NCBI GenBank assembly: GCA_965205945.1
Contig: CBDBIB010000003.1
Location: forward strand, 512,394 to 576,393
Length of the DNA: 64,000 nucleotides
Reading direction: 5' to 3'
DNA from: Bdellovibrionales bacterium
GTDB lineage: Bacteria > Bdellovibrionota > Bdellovibrionia > Bdellovibrionales > UBA1609
Part shown: piece by piece, positions 59,240 to 64,000 of the stretch
Position numbering within the stretch: position 1 is the stretch's first letter
How the letters are laid out: the number at the start of each line of letters is the position of its first letter
Translations under genes and position numbers: made by a program
Notes under the pieces: model-generated
Told to the model about the DNA's origin: nothing
Database searches by the model: none
Seen by the model: only the letters and a program-made list of their open reading frames with translations

Positions 59240-60152
59240 TTTGTTTGTAGTGTCGTGTGTTCAAATGAGAAAAATGAATTTTAAGAATATAGATTCTCAA
59301 AGAATTGATTTAAAAGGGTTTAAGACTAAAGATTTACAAAAACTTAAGCTTGAGGAAAACATAAATTTTGAAACTAGAGTGTCTGGTAAGTTATTTAGGC
59401 CGAAGGTGAGTTTAGTTTTAGGTCCGGGCGCTTCAAGGTCGTTTGCCCATATAGGAGTTTTAAAGGAGCTAAAGGCTTTAGGGATTCAAATTCACTCTAT
59501 TGTTGGAATGGGTTGGTCGGCAATAATTGCAGCTGAATATGTAGATCAAAAATCAGTACATGGCCTAGAGTGGAAAGCTTCAAGATCTACGGAGTTTAAA
59601 AAACTTTTAGAAACTTCTTTTTGGAGTTCTACAATTAAGGAGAAGACTTTGTCTGAAGCTGAGAACTTAGTAAAAAGCCTTTTAACAGATTATAGCATAA
59701 GAGGTAAAAATAGAGGTGAGTTTTCTTGTCCTCTTCTTTCAAAAAGTAAAAATACATTGGTGCTATCGGATAAAAGAGGGTTAAAAAACTGTATTGCTGT
59801 TCCTCCATTATTTAATCCCGGAAAAAACTACGCCCCATATTTGTTTGATATTTTAGCCATACAAGAGGGCGTTGTGCGTATGGGAGCTGAAAAAGTGATT
59901 TTTATAGATGTTTTAAATAAAAATAAAAAATTCTTTGGAAAAAAAGAAGCCTTTGTAAGTGGTGCGGTTTATTGGTACTGGGCTTTTGCCTCTGAAATGA
60001 CTCAATCTGCTTACAGTGTTTTTGATAAAGTTATAGAGATAGATGTGGACTCTGAGATTTTAAATTTTAATAACACGCTTGATTCAGTTAGAAAAGGTAG
60101 GATATCAGGGCGAGAACTTGCCGAGTTTTTACAAAAAGAATATCAATACTAA
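59202..60152 (+). CDS. Patatin-like lipoprotein with a degenerate active site
   Basis: Lipobox-like FVVSC. LVLGPGASRSFAHIGVLKEL is the patatin block I motif. The nucleophile elbow reads GMGWS instead of GxSxG. Confidence 0.7.
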   Translation: MAIKSLFVIFLFSLFVVSCVQMRKMNFKNIDSQRIDLKGFKTKDLQKLKLEENINFETRVSGKLFRPKVSLVLGPGASRSFAHIGVLKELKALGIQIHSIVGMGWSAIIAAEYVDQKSVHGLEWKASRSTEFKKLLETSFWSSTIKEKTLSEAENLVKSLLTDYSIRGKNRGEFSCPLLSKSKNTLVLSDKRGLKNCIAVPPLFNPGKNYAPYLFDILAIQEGVVRMGAEKVIFIDVLNKNKKFFGKKEAFVSGAVYWYWAFASEMTQSAYSVFDKVIEIDVDSEILNFNNTLDSVRKGRISGRELAEFLQKEYQY

Positions 60153-60167
60153 ATAAAGGATTAAGAT

Positions 60168-61496
60168 ATGAGGAAACCGCTTATAGATATAAAATACTTT
60201 AAACAAAGAAGAGATAGACTTAAAAGTATGGCTGGAAAGGATGAAGCCCTTATTTTATTTTCCGGGTATGCTCCAAGAAGGAGTAACGATACAAATTATA
60301 AATTCAGAGTGAATAGTAATTTTTTCTACCTTACAGGTTTTCAGGAAGAGGGAGCGATCTTGGTGTATAGACCGGGAAAAACGCCAGAAACAGTAGTTTT
60401 TGTTCACCCAAAGGATCCGACTCTAGAAACTTGGGAAGGCTTTATGTTTGGAAAAGATCTTGCAAAAACTACATTTAACTTTGATGAAACTTATTTGGAG
60501 CCAGATTTTGATTCTAAAATCGTTGATCTTTTATTAGAGATTAAGTCAGTTTATTTTAAAATCGGTGAAGACTCAAAACAAGATGAAAGGGTATTATCTG
60601 CAATGAAGATGGTGTTGAAAAAAAAAGGTCGTAAAGGATACGGGTTTCAAGAGATTAAAGATCCAGATGTGTATATGGCAGGCTTAAGAGTTATAAAAAC
60701 AGAAGAAGAAATTAAATTCATGAAGAAAGCGGCTAAAGTTTCAGCAAAAGCTCATATAAAAGTAATGAAAACTATAAGGCCTGGGGTCAATGAGGCCTAT
60801 CTTGAAGGTGTTTTTTTAAGTGAGGCTATGAAATTAGGAGCTAAAAACTTAGCATATAATACAATTTCAGCAAGTGGAAACAATGCAACAACTCTTCACT
60901 ATGTGTTTAATGATCAAGAGTGTAAGGATGGAGATCTTTATCTAATTGATGCCGGTGTTGAGTATGAGTATTATACAGGAGACATAACTAGAACGTATCC
61001 TGTTGGAGCAGATTTTACTAAAATTCAAAAAGATGTTTATCAAAAAATTTTAGAAGTTCAAAAAGATATAGTGGCTTTAGTTAAACCAGGGATTACTTTT
61101 AAACTACTTATAGACAGAGCGGATAAAGTTTTAACAAAAATTATGATTGATTTAGGTTTACTTAAAGGTAGTATTAAAGAAAACATAGAAAAAAAACTTC
61201 ATAAAAAATACTATCCTCATGGAATTGGACATTTTTTAGGAATAGATGTTCATGATATTGGTTTTTATGAGAAAAATAATGAAGAAATTTTTTTTCAACC
61301 AGGTATGTGCCTTACAATAGAGCCGGGTCTTTATATTCCTAAAGATGATATAAAAGCTCCACTACATTTAAGGGGAATAGGTATAAGAATTGAGGATGAT
61401 ATTTTAGTAACAAGGGATGGACACGAGAATATGACTAAATTAGTTCCTAAAGAAATTAATGAGATGTTGGCCCTTAAAAAAGACTATGTAACATAG
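60168..61496 (+). CDS. pepP: Xaa-Pro aminopeptidase (M24B)
   Basis: F.YLTG, LHY, LIDAG.E...Y.GDITRT, HG.GH.LG.DVHD, TIEPGLY and GIRIEDD motifs. Confidence 0.94.
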   Translation: MRKPLIDIKYFKQRRDRLKSMAGKDEALILFSGYAPRRSNDTNYKFRVNSNFFYLTGFQEEGAILVYRPGKTPETVVFVHPKDPTLETWEGFMFGKDLAKTTFNFDETYLEPDFDSKIVDLLLEIKSVYFKIGEDSKQDERVLSAMKMVLKKKGRKGYGFQEIKDPDVYMAGLRVIKTEEEIKFMKKAAKVSAKAHIKVMKTIRPGVNEAYLEGVFLSEAMKLGAKNLAYNTISASGNNATTLHYVFNDQECKDGDLYLIDAGVEYEYYTGDITRTYPVGADFTKIQKDVYQKILEVQKDIVALVKPGITFKLLIDRADKVLTKIMIDLGLLKGSIKENIEKKLHKKYYPHGIGHFLGIDVHDIGFYEKNNEEIFFQPGMCLTIEPGLYIPKDDIKAPLHLRGIGIRIEDDILVTRDGHENMTKLVPKEINEMLALKKDYVT

Positions 61497-61882
61497 GTTA
61501 CAATTAGCCTTGTAATCTGAGTTCGACGATTTAAGCATTTAAATAGAGCCTGTAAATTAAATTGTGTAATTGCGGTTTTTAAAATCTAAAATTAGAATTT
61601 AAAAATCATTTATATTCTTTCATCACGTACTTTTGTTTTAAAGTTTAAAGTTTGATTTTATAAATTAGGAATATTTAGAATCGAGGGCAAGAGTTTGAGC
61701 CTTAAATATTAAAAATATTGATTAAAGAAAGTTATATTGAAAAAGAGAAAAAGCTTTTAAGAAAAGATCAGTCATAGCTTACAGGTTTGACTTTAAATTC
61801 ATATATGAGTTGGTAAAACATTTAGTATTAAGTAAAAATACTAGAAACTTCAAACAAACTTATCATTATCTAAGGGTTTGTA

Positions 61883-62635
61883 TTAAAAAAAATCATTTCT
61901 TATAAAATCCATATAATGCCAACCATTCTTTTTTGCAATTTTAAGTGCATCCTTTTCTAAGGTATAAATAGAGGAGTTTAAAGCTGCTGAGTGGACAATT
62001 TGTTTTAAATGAGTTGAGATTTGTATCATAGGGATATCTGAAGTTGTGTTTCCTGAAACAAAAAATGGTTTTTTTCCATTAGTATGTTCAAGAAGAGCAT
62101 CAACTTTTCCCTTATGCCAACTGATATGGCCTTTTTGTTTATTTGTTATAATTCCATTTTTAATTTCGGTTTCAATGCCAATAACATTTTGTCGAAGCAG
62201 TCCTAACTCTAAAGCTGCAGCTTCAACAGTCCACTTCACAGAGGCTGTAACGATATAAACCTTAATCTTCTTATTAATTAAAAACTTAATGATTTCTTTT
62301 TGATGTTGAATAAAATAAGGCCTAATTTTTTGATTAAAATCATTTCCAAAAGAGCGCACTTCTTTTGTTGAAAAGCCTGCAAGAGTTTTTGCAAACCAAA
62401 AAAGGCTAGCTTGTGGACCTTTTTTTGTTTCTTTTTTGTAATCATTCCAAGTATAGGGTTTATCTTTAAAAAATTTTTTTTTAATTTGATAATCAAAGAA
62501 ATTATGTCCTATATCAGATAGCCAACATGTTCCATCAGCATCAAAAGCTGCAATAGGGTTGGCTGTAGGATCACTAAGAGCAACTTCAATATTCTTTTTA
62601 ATTAAATTAGTGTAGGTTTTAGGAACATTATACAT
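61883..62635 (-). CDS. HAD-superfamily hydrolase (family IB)
   Basis: AAFDADGT, IVTAS, GK and SGNTTSD motifs. Confidence 0.85.
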   Translation of the reverse strand: MYNVPKTYTNLIKKNIEVALSDPTANPIAAFDADGTCWLSDIGHNFFDYQIKKKFFKDKPYTWNDYKKETKKGPQASLFWFAKTLAGFSTKEVRSFGNDFNQKIRPYFIQHQKEIIKFLINKKIKVYIVTASVKWTVEAAALELGLLRQNVIGIETEIKNGIITNKQKGHISWHKGKVDALLEHTNGKKPFFVSGNTTSDIPMIQISTHLKQIVHSAALNSSIYTLEKDALKIAKKNGWHYMDFIRNDFF

Positions 62636-62823
62636 TATCTACTTTTGGAGTAAAAATTATAAAAAATCAATGGAATTACAAAAAATTATAATTAAGAGGT
62701 ATGAATTTAGTGAGTATTTTTTAAAGTGGTAGAGATTAAAAAGAAATTTTAGATATGGTTGGCTTAAAATAAGGAAATAAGTTAAAATATAGTCACCATT
62801 AAATTTGTAAAATGGAGCGGAGC

Positions 62824-64000
62824 ATGAAATTAACATCGTCTTTTTTAAATAGATCTGAGCATTTAAAAGCCTTAAAGAATCAGGTGTTTGATTTATTGGT
62901 TGTTGGTGGTGGTATTACAGGGGCAGGTGTTGCACGAGATGCTGCTTTAAGAGGCTTATCAGTTTGTTTGATTGAAAAGGGTGATTTTGGAGAAGGAACA
63001 AGTTCTCGTTCTAGTAAGCTTATTCATGGGGGACTTCGTTATTTAGAGAATTTAGAGTTTAATTTAGTAAGTGAGGCATTACATGAGAGGCAAAATCTTT
63101 TGTATATGGCCTCTCATATGGTAAAGCCCTTAAGATTTTTAATGCCGATTTATAAAGGTGATAGAGTAAGCCCGTTTAAGATGAAGCTTGGAATGATTTT
63201 ATACGATTTCTTAGCAGCCTTTAATGTCCCTAAGTTTCATGAAAGTATTTCAGCAAGAAAGATTAAAGAAAACTACCCGGGGCTTAAAAGTGAAAATTTA
63301 AGAAGTGGATTTTTATACTTTGATGCTCTTATGGATGATGATCGTTTAGTTCTTGAGACTATGCGCTCAGCTGTTGAAAATGATGTAGTTGCTTTAAATT
63401 ATGTTGAATGTAAAGGCTTTGATTCAGACAAGAACTGTAAAGTATTTTGTGAAGATAAGCTTTCAGGAAATTATTTTTCAGTTTTAGGTAAACATACGAT
63501 CTCTTGTGTAGGACCGTGGACAGATAAGTTTGCATCATTAATAGATTCTCATTGGGAGCCTAGAATGAGGCCCTCAAAAGGTGTACATGTTACTCTTTCA
63601 AAGAATATTTTAAATCTTAAGACTGCTGTTGTAATGGCTGCAGATAAGCAAAGCAGGATTTTATTTTGTATTCCAAGAGAGGGTTTTGATATTGTAGGGA
63701 CTACAGATACGGATTTTATGGAGGATCCTTCTTTTGTTCAAGTAGAGAAAAAAGATGTAAACTATATTCTTGATATTTTAAAAGAGTATTATCCAGATAT
63801 TAAAATTTCTTATAGTGATATTCTTTTTACATATGCTGGAGTAAGACCTTTAGTAAATGATGGTTCAAATTCAGAAAGTAAGGTGAGTAGAAATCATTGG
63901 ATTAAAACTTATTTAGAAAATAAAGTCACATATATTTCTGGTGGGAAATATACAACATTTTTATCCATGGCTAAAGATTGTATTGATCATATTGTACAAG
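62824..64000 (+). CDS. glpD: FAD-dependent glycerol-3-phosphate dehydrogenase, 3'-truncated (not in the ORF track)
   Basis: Translated by hand: FDLLVVGGGITGAGVARDAALRGL, GTSSRSSKLIHGGLRYLE, GPWTD, GTTD, AGVRPL, SR.H and GGKYTT. GGAG RBS at 62814. Confidence 0.92.
   Translation, partial: MKLTSSFLNRSEHLKALKNQVFDLLVVGGGITGAGVARDAALRGLSVCLIEKGDFGEGTSSRSSKLIHGGLRYLENLEFNLVSEALHERQNLLYMASHMVKPLRFLMPIYKGDRVSPFKMKLGMILYDFLAAFNVPKFHESISARKIKENYPGLKSENLRSGFLYFDALMDDDRLVLETMRSAVENDVVALNYVECKGFDSDKNCKVFCEDKLSGNYFSVLGKHTISCVGPWTDKFASLIDSHWEPRMRPSKGVHVTLSKNILNLKTAVVMAADKQSRILFCIPREGFDIVGTTDTDFMEDPSFVQVEKKDVNYILDILKEYYPDIKISYSDILFTYAGVRPLVNDGSNSESKVSRNHWIKTYLENKVTYISGGKYTTFLSMAKDCIDHIVQ

Overview
AT-rich bacterial chromosomal window, most likely from a Bdellovibrionota lineage. 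This is an inference from gene content and order, a FliA-type promoter on a PilZ gene, and Bdellovibrionota-like surface proteins. Most of it is housekeeping: a MoxR-associated bat operon running into two lytic transglycosylases, mrp, glyQS-ppdK, smc, agmatinase, a Yej/Opp-type ABC binding protein with two permeases, an HD dNTPase, thyA-folA, purD, rho-rpmE-prfA-prmC-murA, a large TPR protein, serS, sppA, tRNA-Ser(TGA), a 6S RNA, xseAB-ispA-tlyA, pepP, a HAD hydrolase and a truncated glpD. The accessory content is a paralogous family of secreted lipoproteins (13078-14823 and 25924-32145). They are built from Cys-containing Ig-like repeat modules plus FGE-sulfatase/C-type-lectin-fold (CLec) head domains. 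The head scaffolds are conserved, but the C-terminal segment that corresponds to the DGR variable region is completely divergent between copies. The giant member lies in an island of decayed IS elements: a Tn5/IS50-like element nested in an IS66 end, inverted IS982 relics on both sides, and an FG-GAP repeat relic. No reverse transcriptase, template repeat, CRISPR array or prophage was seen. All calls come from reading motifs by eye; no database searches were run.
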